A DNA stretch of 64,000 nucleotides. Origin: Methanomassiliicoccaceae archaeon (GTDB lineage: Archaea; Thermoplasmatota; Thermoplasmata; Methanomassiliicoccales; Methanomassiliicoccaceae). Positions 41,521 through 52,838 of this stretch are shown here, piece after piece. The stretch spans positions 192,001 to 256,000 of the forward strand of contig CAVSJV010000004.1 of NCBI GenBank assembly GCA_963728405.1, in the 5' to 3' direction. Position 1 is the first letter of the stretch. Each line of letters opens with the position of its first letter. Position numbers and translations under genes: made by a program. Below the pieces are notes generated by a model. It worked only from the letters and a program-made list of their open reading frames with translations, was not told the DNA's origin and made no database searches.

Positions 41521-42246
41521 TCAGAACGCTCGTTTCCCGGTCGTTTCCCGGAAGTCCGAGATCATCCTATGATGATCAAAAGCCAGTTCTGGGAGGCGAT
41601 CGAGCTCGTAAAGCGATACTTTATCGGCATCGTCCCCTGCCTTCAGCTCACCGCCCCGGGCCCGTAGGAAGAACAGCGCGGTGACGATGTGGCCGCGAGG
41701 GTCCCGGTCCCGATCAGAATAGATGCCAACCAGGTCGAGCACCTCGGCCCTCAGGCCCGTTTCCTCGCACACCTCCCGGACCACGCACTCTTCCAGCGTC
41801 TCACCGTACTCCACGAACCCCCCGGGCAGGGCGTACTTCCCCTTTCCCGGCTCCTTCCCCCGCCTGATGAGAACTATCTGACCATCCAGCAGGACGATGC
41901 CATCGGTGGTGAGGGTGGGGTTTCTGAACAGATGGGTCACCTGTTCATCCACCCGGCGCTTCTTGTTCTCGAACTCCTGCAGAAGCCCCTCACCCTCGGG
42001 AGACAGTACGGTGGAACCCCGTTCAGGGCCGCCTCGGTGCGAGACCACGACCTCAATGCCAGTTTCCTGCTTGATCCGACGGAGCCGGGACCAGGTCTGG
42101 CGATAGGAGATGCCCAGCGACCTGGCCGCGTCCACTATGGACCCTTTCTCCCTTATCAAGAGCAGCAGGCCTGCCTGGTCCTCGCCCAGCACCGGTCGCC
42201 CATCCTCGGTCAGCCAGACCTGACACTTGACCTCATGGCTCATCAC
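41521..42246 (-). CDS. ModE-type winged-HTH fused to a Nudix hydrolase
   Basis: GSIVDAARSLGISYRQTW...SHRGG...LSPEG (ModE N-domain) plus Nudix box GGFVEYGETLEECVVREVCEETGL, RDPRGH, LAFDH. Confidence 0.88.
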   Translation of the reverse strand: MMSHEVKCQVWLTEDGRPVLGEDQAGLLLLIREKGSIVDAARSLGISYRQTWSRLRRIKQETGIEVVVSHRGGPERGSTVLSPEGEGLLQEFENKKRRVDEQVTHLFRNPTLTTDGIVLLDGQIVLIRRGKEPGKGKYALPGGFVEYGETLEECVVREVCEETGLRAEVLDLVGIYSDRDRDPRGHIVTALFFLRARGGELKAGDDADKVSLYELDRLPELAFDHHRMISDFRETTGKRAF

Positions 42247-42302
42247 TTCCGGCGATGGCCAACTGATAACTTAATAACTTACCCCCTCCTATGCCCGGAC
42301 AT

Positions 42303-43298
42303 ATGCAGAATTGGAAGCGGCAAATACCGACCATCATGACCTCCCAGGAACTCCTGGACAGGGCCTACGCCCGCGCTTCCAAAGCGGAGGTCCACGGGGC
42401 AGCGGCATTTGACGGGATAAAAAAGACCAACATCGCCAAGATCACCGCCATCGGTGACATGACCACCACCACGCTGCTGAAGTACGTCCGTTCCTTCCCC
42501 AAGATGGAGAAGGAGGACGAGTTCTACTCCCAGCTCATCGACGTCATCATCGGCCACGCCAAGTTGAAGAAGGCGCTGGCCAACATCTCCTGGTGCGCCG
42601 AGAAGTGCTCGGACCTGCAGCGCATGTACCTGGCCCGCGTGCGTAGGGCCCCCAACATCGATTCGGTGGCTAAGATCACCAATGAGTTCTACGGGCGCTT
42701 TTCGTCGGTCATCAACCGGGTCGAACCGGAGCTCAAGTTCGCTCAGCAGGCTCGAGACCAGCTGCGCCAATTGCCGTCCATCGACACAACGGTGGAGACG
42801 ATCGTCATCGCCGGCTACCCCAATGTGGGCAAGAGCCAGCTGGTAGAGCGGATCTCCACGGCAAAGCCGACCATCGCGGCGTACCCTTTCACTACCAAGG
42901 GCGTGGTCATCGGGCATCTTAAGAGCGGCTGGAGGACCTTCCAGGTCATCGATACGCCGGGGCTCTTGGACCGCGAGCTGGACAAACGCAACGCCATCGA
43001 GCTGCAGGCCATCCTGGCCCTGCGCTACCTGGCCGACATCATCGTGTTCGTCATCGATCCCTCGGAGACCTGCGGGTACACATTGGAACGCCAGCTGGCC
43101 CTGCTCGATTCGATCAAGCAGAACTTCCTCGACATCCCGTTCATTGAAGTGGAGAACAAGTCCGACCTGGAAGGCAAGCCTACCGGGCGAGAGAGAATAT
43201 CGGCGTTGACCGGCGAGGGCGTCGAGGACCTGGTCAAGAAGATCGAGGGCATCCTAAAGGAGCAACGGAAGACCGACATGGACAAACTACCGACCTAG
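42303..43298 (+). CDS. NOG1-family GTPase
   Basis: GYPNVGKS, YPFTTKG, DTPGLLDR, RNAIE, NKSD. Confidence 0.93.
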   Translation: MQNWKRQIPTIMTSQELLDRAYARASKAEVHGAAAFDGIKKTNIAKITAIGDMTTTTLLKYVRSFPKMEKEDEFYSQLIDVIIGHAKLKKALANISWCAEKCSDLQRMYLARVRRAPNIDSVAKITNEFYGRFSSVINRVEPELKFAQQARDQLRQLPSIDTTVETIVIAGYPNVGKSQLVERISTAKPTIAAYPFTTKGVVIGHLKSGWRTFQVIDTPGLLDRELDKRNAIELQAILALRYLADIIVFVIDPSETCGYTLERQLALLDSIKQNFLDIPFIEVENKSDLEGKPTGRERISALTGEGVEDLVKKIEGILKEQRKTDMDKLPT

Positions 43299-43405
43299 GG
43301 CTAAAGATTCCAAGGTCCGGTCATTCCGAGCGTCGCATTTATCTTAACGTTGGCACTACGACGTCCTAGCCGACCTCGCCGAGGTCGGCGGGCGTGGATG
43401 TATAG

Positions 43406-46400
43406 ATGCCAAGCGTAGCGTGCAGCAAGGCCATGGATGAATACTTCAAAGGCCTTTTCGCGGATACCGACCGATGCTACGGCATCGCCCGCAAGGCACG
43501 CTCCAGAGGTCTGGACCCCGAGGTCTTCGTGGAGATCCCCCGGGCCGAGGACCTCGCCTCACGGTGCGAGAAGCTGCTGGAGGCATGGCACGTCGAGGGC
43601 GTGGCCGAGCGGATCAGGGAACTTTCCAAGGACCATAACCGTGAAGAGGTGTCCCTCCTGATCGCCAAGGAGATGGCCAATCAGCCAGCAAAGACGAAGG
43701 AGGATGCCATTGACCGCGCGGTGCGAGTGGGCCTTGCCGTCCTGACGGAAGGGATCCTGGTCGCGCCCCTGGAGGGCATCGCCGGGGTCAAGATCGGCCG
43801 CAACTCGGACGGGACCGACTATCTGGCCATATCCTTCGCCGGACCGATCAGGGCGGCCGGCGGAACGGGGCAGGCCCTCAGCGTGCTAATCGGGGATGTC
43901 GTCCGCAGGGAGGTGGGCATCGGCAGGTACATCCCCACCGAAAGCGAGGTCCAGAGGTTCAAGGAAGAGATTCCATTATACAAGCAGTGCCAGCATCTTC
44001 AATATACCCCGGGGAATGAGGAGATCGAGATCATCGCTCGGGGCTGTCCGGTCTGCGTGGACGGCGAGGGGACCGAGGATATGGAGATCTCGGGGTTCCG
44101 GGACCTGCCTCGGATCGAGACGAACAAGGTGCGCGGCGGCGCCTGCCTGGTCATCTCCGAGGGCATGTGCCTGAAGGCTCCCAAGATCCAGAAGCACACC
44201 AAGAAGCTGGGCATCGACGGTTGGGAGTTCATCGACGAGTACATGGCCTGGAAGAAGAGGCATGACAAGGGCGACGATACGACCACCAAGAAGATCGTTC
44301 CCGACGCCAAGTTCCTCAAGGACATGGTCGCCGGACGCCCGGTCCTCTGTCACCCCTCCAGAGTGGGAGGCTTCCGCCTTCGCTACGGTCGGGGAAGGAC
44401 CACCGGCCTGGCGGCCCTGGCTATCAGCCCGGCCACCATGTTCGCTCTGGACGATTTTCTGGCAGTGGGCACCCAGATCAAGATCGAACGGCCTGGCAAG
44501 GCCGGAGCGGTGACCCCCTGCGATAGCATCGAAGGCCCCATCCTCCTGCTGAAGAATGGGGACCTCGTGCAGGCCAACAACGGAAAGGAGGCCAAGCTGT
44601 ACCGACCGGACATCGCCGAGCTGGTGGACCTGGGGGAGGTGCTGCTCCCGTACGGAGAGTTCGTGGAGAACAATCACATCCTCGCCCCGGGCTCCTACGC
44701 CCCGGAATGGTACAAGGTAGAGCTGAGGTCCAAGGCTGGTGAGCTTCCCGCGGATTGGAAGGAACCCACCTACCAGCGGGCCAAGGAGATAGCCTCGACC
44801 TATGGGGTCCCGCTCCATCCCCGTTACAACCTGTTCTGGTTCGACCTTCCCCTTGGAAGATCTGATCGCCCTCCGGGCCCACGTACTGAGAACCGGCTCG
44901 TGGAAGGACCAAAAGCTCACCGTTCAGAGAGAGCCGCTGACCAAGCACACCCTGGAGACACTGGGGGCCCTGCACAAGGCAATGAGCGAGATCGTCATCC
45001 TGGATTTCTACGCCCTGCCACTGTTGGAAGGTCTGGGACTGGGATTGGATGGGGACAGCATCATAGAGCGTTCGCCTCTAGTCGACCCGGGCGGCCCGGA
45101 CGCCGCCTTCGTCTCTCCGACATTGCGGGCGGTGTCCCAGGCGATGGGCATCGAGGTGAGGGCCCGATCGGTCACCCGCATCGGTTCGAGGATGGCCCGT
45201 CCGGAGAAGGCCAAGGAGCGCAAGATGAAACCGCCACCCCATGCACTATTCCCTCTGGGCCACAGCGGCGGCATGCAGCGCCTGGTATCCACGGCCATGG
45301 ATGGGGCCAGGGTCGAGGCGGAGATGGGGCTGAGGCAATGTCCCGAGTGCGGGAAGAATACATTCCTGTGCAGCTGCGCCGAATGCGGTGCCCATACCTT
45401 CACGGCGAGCAAGCCGACCACTCAGCGCATTGATCTGACCAAGATGCTGGAGAATGCCATGGCCCGAGTCGGTGTTGCCGTGGCTCCGGAGATAAAGGGC
45501 GTTCAGGGGATGATCTCCAAGAACAAGACGCCGGAAGCGCTGGAGAAGGGATTGCTTCGCGCCATACATGACATCTTTGTGTTCAAGGACGGCACCATCC
45601 GTTTTGACATGACCGATGTTCCGGTAACTCACTTCCGGCCATGCGAGATCGGCCTTACCGTGGAGAGGGCCAGGGCCATCGGTTATGTTCGAGACGTTCA
45701 GGGCCAGGACCTGACCGCCTCGGACCAGGTCTGCGAGCTGAGGGTCCAGGATATCATTCCCTCCGTATCCTGCGGCGAGTACCTGATCAAGATCGCCGAT
45801 TTCATCGACGACCTTCTCGAGAAGTACTACGGGCTGCCGAGGTTCTACAACGCCAAGGTCCGTGAGGATCTTATAGGCCACTTGACCATTGGGCTGGCTC
45901 CGCACATGTCCGGCGGCATCCTGTGCCGCGTCATCGGGTACACCAAGACGAACGTGGGCTACGGGCATCCATTCTTCCATGCCGCTAAGCGCAGGAACGC
46001 CGACGGCGACGAAGACTCGGTCATCCTGCTCCTTGACGGCCTGCTCAACTTCTCCAAGCAGTTCCTGCCGGACCGCCGTGGCGGCCTGATGGACGCACCC
46101 CTCGTTCTCACAACCCGTCTCGATCCCAACGAGATCGACAAAGAAGCGCACAACATCGACGTTAGGTGGGAGTATCCGTTGGAGTTCTACCAGGCGTGCA
46201 TGGAGTACAAGCACCCCAAGGAGATCGACTCCATAATGGACCAGGTGGCCGGGAGGATCGGCTCCGCCCTTCAGTACGAAGGGTTTGGCTATACCCATGA
46301 CACCAAGGACATCTCCGAGGGCCCGGACGAATCGGCCTACAAGACCTTGGAGACGATGATCGACAAGATGAACGCCCAGCTGGAGCTGGCGCGCAAGATT

Positions 46401-46748
46401 CGGGCGGTGGACGCCAAGGACGTCGTCTACCGGGTCATTACCAAGCATTTTCTGCCGGACATGATCGGCAACCTGAAGTCGTTCTCATCGCAATCACTGC
46501 GCTGCACTAAATGTGGGGCAAAGTACCGCCGCATCCCGCTATCGGGACGATGCTACTGCGGTAACAATCTGACCCTCACCGTTCACGAGAAGAGCGTTAG
46601 GAAGTATCTCGAGATCACCAAAGAGGTCAGTGAAAGGTTCGACCTGGACGCCTACACTCAGCAACGCGTCGCGCTGATCGAGGAGTCGATGAAATCGTTG
46701 TTCCAGTCCGACAAGATCAAGAAGTGCAAGCTCACCGATTTCATGTGA
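43406..46748 (+). CDS. polC: DNA polymerase D large subunit DP2 (frameshift ~44850)
   Basis: AGPIRAAGGT, GGFRLRYGR, FHAAKRRNADGDED, GGLMDAPLVL, C-terminal zinc finger; the two ORFs join by removing one C in the CCCC run. Confidence 0.96.
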
Positions 46749-46939
46749 CCTCAACCGGCATCGATACAAGGAGTTCTATCAAACCATTATTGCCGGCAAT
46801 GATGCAGTGGTATTTGATGAGATTACCTGGCACATCACTATCAAAGGAAAGCTCTTAAAAAAGTGGGCTCGGCCGGGACCACTCATCGGCTGGGCCAGAT
46901 TATGAAAAACGAAAAGAAGGATGGGAAGGAAAAAGGAGT

Positions 46940-47779
46940 TTAGGCATCGCCCAGGGTCGAGACGTCCTCGCGGAAGTCGTCGAACTTCTTTTCCAGGATT
47001 TCCAACGCTTTTTTCAGCGTGTTCCTGGCCGACAACGAGCCATCGGTCTCGAACTCGAAGATGAACTTCGTCTTGTCGCCCTGGATCTTGATGGCGTCGT
47101 GAGTGCATGCGTCCTCGCAGGCCTTGCAAATGGTGCAGTTCTCGAGATTCTCCACCACCAATTTGCCATCCTTCTTGCCGAGCACCCCACGGGGGCAGAC
47201 CTTGATGCAAGCATCGCCGTTATCGCACTTCTTGGGGTCGATAGTGACCGTTGGATAGTAGCGGTAACCGGTGCCTGAGGTCACTTGCCATTTGATATGG
47301 CGGCGAGCCGTTCCCAGTTCAGCGGAGGCGTAGACCAGCAGTGCTTGCTTGGGACCCAGCTTGACAATGGGGACCAGTTCGTCCTTCACTCTGAGCTCCT
47401 GGCCTCCCAGGGGTTCCAGATCGCCGGAGTATACCTCAGCAGGACCCTTTTTGTTGAGCGAGTACATGATGGTGCAGCTCGGGCAGCCTTCGCCTTCGCA
47501 GGTGCACTGGTCCTTGGGGACGTAAAGGTCTGGATCGGTAGGGACGGGGATCAGACCCAGGCGGTGGGCGATGATCTCATCGAAGAGCGGACTTACACTC
47601 TCGCATTCCTTGCCGTCCTCATCCCTGATCGGTCCCAAGTGGAACTCAACGGTCTCTATGGCCATCTTGGGTACCTCGGTCATGAGCGTGCGCCGCAGGG
47701 CGTTGGCCATGTCCGGGCAGGTACCCGAGACGACGAACTTGGCATGGGTTTCGGTCAGGTCGATGATCTTCAGGTCCAT
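46940..47779 (-). CDS. rpoD: RNA polymerase subunit D (Rpo3) with ferredoxin-like domain
   Basis: ANALRRTLM.EVP, DEIIAHRLGLIP, CIKVCP...CTICKAC, FEFETDG. Confidence 0.96.
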   Translation of the reverse strand: MDLKIIDLTETHAKFVVSGTCPDMANALRRTLMTEVPKMAIETVEFHLGPIRDEDGKECESVSPLFDEIIAHRLGLIPVPTDPDLYVPKDQCTCEGEGCPSCTIMYSLNKKGPAEVYSGDLEPLGGQELRVKDELVPIVKLGPKQALLVYASAELGTARRHIKWQVTSGTGYRYYPTVTIDPKKCDNGDACIKVCPRGVLGKKDGKLVVENLENCTICKACEDACTHDAIKIQGDKTKFIFEFETDGSLSARNTLKKALEILEKKFDDFREDVSTLGDA

Positions 47780-47790
47780 GTCTGCCGCCT

Positions 47791-48180
47791 CTATACTCTT
47801 CGGCCCCTTCTGCCGCCCTTCTTCTTGGTCCCATCGTGCGGGATGGGAGTGACGTCCTCGATGCGACCGATCTTCATTCCGGCGCGGGCCAGGCCCCTGA
47901 TAGCGGCCTGAGCACCCGGACCGGGCGAGGTTGCCTTGTTCCCGCCAGGAGCGCGAACCTTGACATGGATACCTTCGATCCCCTTCTCCTTGGCGATCTC
48001 AGCGACCTTCTCGGCCGCCCTCATCGCTGCATAGGGAGAGGACTCGTCCTTGGCCGCCTTGACAACCATTCCGCCGGTAGCCTTGGTGATCGTCTCGGCG
48101 CCAGTGATGTCAGTCAAGGTGATGATGATGTTGTTGTAGCTGGCGAATATGTGCGCAATGCCCCACTTTACCATGTTCAC
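47791..48180 (-). CDS. rps11: 30S ribosomal protein uS11
   Basis: [32 protein letters not shown]. Confidence 0.98.
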   Translation of the reverse strand: MNMVKWGIAHIFASYNNIIITLTDITGAETITKATGGMVVKAAKDESSPYAAMRAAEKVAEIAKEKGIEGIHVKVRAPGGNKATSPGPGAQAAIRGLARAGMKIGRIEDVTPIPHDGTKKKGGRRGRRV

Positions 48181-48869
48181 TCCTCCTTGACGTCGGACTC
48201 TGTCGCTTCAGGCAGGTCGGCGGGAGCGACGGCATCCTCTACGACATCGGCAGCGACCTTCTTCAAGACCTTTTCCACCTTCTCGAGCTGGGGGTTCGCC
48301 TTGGGCACTTCGACCTTGGCGACCTCCTGAGCCTTGCCAGGCTGGGCAGCGGTCCGCAGGGGGTGGAGCTCGTTGGATATGGGAGACTGGGCATTGTAGG
48401 TGATCTTGTCTTCCTCGCCCCTCTTTACCACATAACCAGGAATGGTTACTTTGCGTCCGTCGATGGTCACGTGGCCGTGAACGATGAACTGGCGGGCCTG
48501 CTTACAGGTAGCGGCCATTCCCTTGCGCTGGACCAGGGTCTCCAGGCGGCGATTAAGGATCGCTTCCTGGGTCAGACCGAGAACGTCATCGAGGGTGGTT
48601 CCCTCCATGGGCAGCAGACCAATGCGAGCACACTTCTTCAACAGAAGGCTCGCCTCCAGCCTGGCCTGCTCGTCGTTCAGACGAACGCGGGCCTGTAGCA
48701 GCTTGGACTGGTCCCTCAGGTTCTTGAGGACCGCTTGGGCCTTCCACAGCTCGCGCTTGTTCTTCAAACCATACGCTTTACATATCTCGGTCTCGGCCTT
48801 GATCCTCTCTCCTCTCCAGGGGTGAGAGGGGGAGTCATATGACCGGCGAGGGAACTTTGGGTCTCCCAT
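48177..48869 (-). CDS. rps4: 30S ribosomal protein uS4
   Basis: [29 protein letters not shown]. Confidence 0.98.
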   Translation of the reverse strand: MGDPKFPRRSYDSPSHPWRGERIKAETEICKAYGLKNKRELWKAQAVLKNLRDQSKLLQARVRLNDEQARLEASLLLKKCARIGLLPMEGTTLDDVLGLTQEAILNRRLETLVQRKGMAATCKQARQFIVHGHVTIDGRKVTIPGYVVKRGEEDKITYNAQSPISNELHPLRTAAQPGKAQEVAKVEVPKANPQLEKVEKVLKKVAADVVEDAVAPADLPEATESDVKEE

Positions 48870-48891
48870 TTTAGCACCAACTCAGATATTA

Positions 48892-49479
48892 TTACTTCTT
48901 CTCTTCGGCGGCGGCGCCAGGTTGCTGAACCTTTTGCCTGCTGACGCCCATAGTAAGGCCAGTCCTTCCGTTCGACCGGGTTTTTTGACCACGAACTTTC
49001 TGTCCCTGCTCGTGCCTTACGCCTTTGTAACAGCGAATCATCTTCATGCGGTTGATATCGTCCTTGTTAGCAACACCGAGATCGATTCCGAAGACATGCG
49101 AGTCCTCACCGGTCTCGACATCGTTCTGCCGATTGACCGCCCAGTGGGGAGCGAACTCAGGGTAGCTGGCGATGATCTTCTCGATCTCATCGGTCTGCAC
49201 TTCGGACAGGTTGCCCATCTTCTCGGTGGGCTTGATGCCGGTTCTCTTGGCCACGACACCGGCTACGCGGGGGCCGACGCCCTTCACGTTCTGAATGCCC
49301 ATCATGAGGGACTTGTTGCCGTCGATATCAGTGTTCATGATGCGGACGATGTAGCGGAAGTTCTCATCTACCTTCTTTTCTACGGGCTTTTCCGCTGCCT
49401 TCTTCTTTTCAGGCTTCTCCTTCTTCTCGCCCTTTTGCGGTTTTTCTGTTACCTTTTCCTGTCCTTCAGGTTGCGCCAA
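48892..49479 (-). CDS. rps13: 30S ribosomal protein uS13
   Basis: FRYIVRI.NTDIDG, CYKGVRH, VRGQKTRSNGR; TTG start after GGAGGT. Confidence 0.98.
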   Translation of the reverse strand: MAQPEGQEKVTEKPQKGEKKEKPEKKKAAEKPVEKKVDENFRYIVRIMNTDIDGNKSLMMGIQNVKGVGPRVAGVVAKRTGIKPTEKMGNLSEVQTDEIEKIIASYPEFAPHWAVNRQNDVETGEDSHVFGIDLGVANKDDINRMKMIRCYKGVRHEQGQKVRGQKTRSNGRTGLTMGVSRQKVQQPGAAAEEKK

Positions 49480-49650
49480 ACTGTTACCTCCAATGAAATT
49501 GAATGAATTTGATCCATTCTATGTATATAGTTTATGGAGCGTCTCCCCTACAAGCAAGTCCCTATTTAATCGTTTCCCTGTTGGCCGGAGGTCCCGCCGA
49601 CCCCACTGGTAGGGGTCAAGACAGGCTCCTTCGGACCGGCGGCCGTTGCA

Positions 49651-52335
49651 TCATTTTTTGGCTAGGGCGGTCTTCACGATATTCTTGGCGTCCTGCAGCG
49701 CCGCCGACAGCTTGGCTGGATCGCCGCCCCCGCCCTGAGCGAAGTCTGGCTTTCCGCCGCCCCCGCCGCCAATGAGCTTCATGACCTCCTTGAGTATCGG
49801 GCGGCAATCGACCTTGAGGTCCGAGGAGCGGGAAACGAACACCTTTGGGCTCTTGTCCGCCAGGCCCAGGACCGCCAGCACACCGGGCTTGGATGTAAGT
49901 ACCAGTGACATGGCCTGGGGATCCTCCCCCTCCGCGGTCTGATAGATCACGACCTTAACACCATCAATCTCCTCGGCCTTGGCCATCAGGTCATCGGCCA
50001 CGATCTGGTTCATGCGGGCGGAGAGCGATTCGAGCCGCTTGCGGTCGTCCCTCATCTCGACCATCAGCTTCATTGTCGCCGGGAGCACCGTCTCGCGGGT
50101 CACGTTCATGCGTTCGGCGAGGATGTCCACGCATACTTTATCGGCCTGCATGCCCGCCACCGCGGCCAGCCCGGCGGAGTACTCTATGCGTACGACGCCG
50201 TCCTGGATCCTCTTGGTGCGAAGTATGCGTATAGGGCCAACTCGGGAGGTGCGGTCGCAATGTAGTCCCCCGCACGCTTCCACGTCGACATCGGTGGTGT
50301 TGACCACCCGTATGATCTTGCCGGGGACCACGCCGCCCTGATACAGGCGGAAGCCGAACTTGCGCTCCGCTTCGTCGCGGGGCATGAAGCGGATATCCAC
50401 CGGGTGATCTTCAAGCACGACATCGTTGCATCGGCGCTCCAGCTCGCTCTTCTGTTCGTCGGTGAGGTTCTCGAAGTGGGTAACGTCCAGCCGGGCCTCG
50501 TCCACGCTCTTGTGGGCCCCGGACTGCCAGATGTGGTTCCCGAACATGCGCCGGGCGCATCCGTTGATGATGTGGGCGGCGGTGTGGTGGCGCATCAGCT
50601 GGCGGCGGCGCGGCTCGTTAATCGCGCACCGGACCATCTTGCCGGGAACTAGCGAGTGCTTGTCCTTGAGGTAGTGCAGGATGGTGTTACGGACCTTCTG
50701 CACATTGATGACCTCGTTGCCGTCCATGATCCCGTAGTCGGCCTCCTGCCCGCCCCCTTCCGGATAGAAGTAGGTGTGATCGAGCACGACCGCGTCCTTG
50801 ATCACCGCGATGACCTGGGCCTGGAAGGCCATGACCTCGGGGTCCTCATAGTATGCCATGCGGGTCTCCGGCATGTCCAGGGGGAACTCTTCCGCCTTCG
50901 GACCCTCGTCGGCGACCTCGGTCGCCTCATGCTTCTTCGCCACCATCTGGTAGAAGTTGTCCGGGATCTCCACCGGCACATCCGAGAACTCCTTGACGAT
51001 CTCCGGGTTCAGACCATGGGAGTCGTAGAGCTCGATGAGCTTATCCTGGGCGATCGGAGCCCCTTTGAGCTCCTTGGTCATCCTCTGGACGATGGACCTG
51101 CCGCGGTCCAGCGTTTCATAATATCTCCTCTCCTCGACCAGAACGAGGCTCATGATGTCCTCACGGTTCTCGATCAGCTCGGGGAAGTATGGGGAGAAAT
51201 AATCGATTTGCTGACCGACTATGTCCGCCAGGGTGAACTTGACATCCAGGGTTCGCATGGACCTCAGGGCGCGTCGGACCAGCATGCGTGCGAAGTAACC
51301 TTCCCGGACGTTGGACGGAACGACGCCATCGTTCAACAGAAAGGAGAGCGCGCGGGAGTGATCACATATGATGTAGATGTCCTCCATCGGCCCGACGTTC
51401 TTGATAAGGTCTTCGAACCTGATGCCCAGCCGGTCGGCGGTCCGCTGGCGTAGGTTCCTTACGTCCGCAGCGGTCTTCATGTTCATGGCCCCGGCGACCT
51501 TGCTGTAGGCCTCCAGGATGCGCTGGTCCGGATTGATCCCTACCTCCTTCTGGATCATCTTCACGACCGGACCGAACACGGCTTCGTAGGCAGAGGGTGT
51601 TCCCTGGGAGATCCAAGTGCTCCTTTCCAGCCCATAGCCCGTATCGACCACCTGCATGCTCATGGGCTGACGACCCTGGGGCGTCTCCCGATACTGCATG
51701 AACACCAGGGTCGCGAGCTCCACGCCCTCCAGAATGACCTCGACGCACGGTCCGGAGTTGCCGCCGCCCTCCCACCACTCCTCTATGTACCTCATCTTGG
51801 TCTTGTCGACCCCCAGGCGCTGGGTGTAGAACTGATGGCACAGCTCCACCGTCCGGTCCTTGAAATATATCTCCTTCCCGGGCTTGTTGAACGCGTGGTG
51901 CGCCAACATCTCGAAGAAGGTATAGTGCCGACCGGTCCGGCCCACGTTATCGATGTCATTGAACCTGACGCAGGTCTGGGAGATGACCAGCGGATTGGCC
52001 GGGGGCTCGATGACCTCGTTGAGCACCCAGGGCTGGAAGTCGTAGATGCTGGCCTGGGTAAAGAAAACGTCGTTCCTCCACCGGGCGACGATGGGGTAGC
52101 GGCGCACCCGGCCATGGCCTTGCTCCTCGAAGAACGAGAGGTACTCTTCCCTCATCTCATGGTTCGAGTAGGGTTTCTTGATAGGAGAATTATTAATGAA
52201 GCTGTATTCCTCGCAAGGTGATTCGCCGCAGCTGGGGTGATCTCCTTGAGACCAGAACGCCCGGCCGCATTTGGGGCAGACCTTGCGAATGAAATCGTTA
52301 TCTTTGAAGAATGCGAGATCGAACTCTGAGGTCAT
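49651..52335 (-). CDS. alaS: alanine--tRNA ligase
   Basis: ARWRNDVFFT.ASI, DTGYGLER, HTAAH editing motif, EACGGLH, GGGGGKPDFAQGGG. Confidence 0.98.
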   Translation of the reverse strand: MTSEFDLAFFKDNDFIRKVCPKCGRAFWSQGDHPSCGESPCEEYSFINNSPIKKPYSNHEMREEYLSFFEEQGHGRVRRYPIVARWRNDVFFTQASIYDFQPWVLNEVIEPPANPLVISQTCVRFNDIDNVGRTGRHYTFFEMLAHHAFNKPGKEIYFKDRTVELCHQFYTQRLGVDKTKMRYIEEWWEGGGNSGPCVEVILEGVELATLVFMQYRETPQGRQPMSMQVVDTGYGLERSTWISQGTPSAYEAVFGPVVKMIQKEVGINPDQRILEAYSKVAGAMNMKTAADVRNLRQRTADRLGIRFEDLIKNVGPMEDIYIICDHSRALSFLLNDGVVPSNVREGYFARMLVRRALRSMRTLDVKFTLADIVGQQIDYFSPYFPELIENREDIMSLVLVEERRYYETLDRGRSIVQRMTKELKGAPIAQDKLIELYDSHGLNPEIVKEFSDVPVEIPDNFYQMVAKKHEATEVADEGPKAEEFPLDMPETRMAYYEDPEVMAFQAQVIAVIKDAVVLDHTYFYPEGGGQEADYGIMDGNEVINVQKVRNTILHYLKDKHSLVPGKMVRCAINEPRRRQLMRHHTAAHIINGCARRMFGNHIWQSGAHKSVDEARLDVTHFENLTDEQKSELERRCNDVVLEDHPVDIRFMPRDEAERKFGFRLYQGGVVPGKIIRVVNTTDVDVEACGGLHCDRTSRVGPIRILRTKRIQDGVVRIEYSAGLAAVAGMQADKVCVDILAERMNVTRETVLPATMKLMVEMRDDRKRLESLSARMNQIVADDLMAKAEEIDGVKVVIYQTAEGEDPQAMSLVLTSKPGVLAVLGLADKSPKVFVSRSSDLKVDCRPILKEVMKLIGGGGGGKPDFAQGGGGDPAKLSAALQDAKNIVKTALAKK

Positions 52336-52838
52336 GTTCTGCGGTATTAGGGGGTCCTTATTTAGATATTCTCCCAGTGGTGAAAGACCGGCTACCTTTT
52401 CCCACCAATAGGGACATTGATCCGTCGCATGTCCATACTAGACCAATGAGCACAATTAGGGCCGATATGATGTGGTACGCTAAGATCGGGGCCTCGCTCC
52501 CTATAACGATGGTCGGTGCAGTGCTGATGTACGGAGGAGTTCGTTCATGATCAGTGCAACCGGTGTGAATGGATCCTTCGGCATTCTGTTGACATTCTTC
52601 GACCCCTCGTGGCCATCTACGGTCTGGCATTACTGCCATACGATCCACAGGGGGCCGAATGTGATCAGCGTTCCGAACAGGTCAGGATAGGTGGGGAGGA
52701 GGATGTCGGATGAGCGGCGAGAGAGCAAAAGGAGAGGCGAACCAGTTGGGTATGGCCAGCGCAATCAACAGTGCCTGGTTCCGAGCTCCACCGGGCGATG
52801 GCCTTCCTGTCAAATCGTTGGGAGGGCAGTGGAAATGA

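Noticed and set aside
43406-46748. Split PolD, programmed frameshift or intein in polC
   Set aside because: One extra C in a CCCC run explains it; no intein motifs or slippery site seen, and similar indels occur across the window.
52336-52838. Small ORFs between alaS and the ALS gene
   Set aside because: Short, with no clear RBS or motif support.
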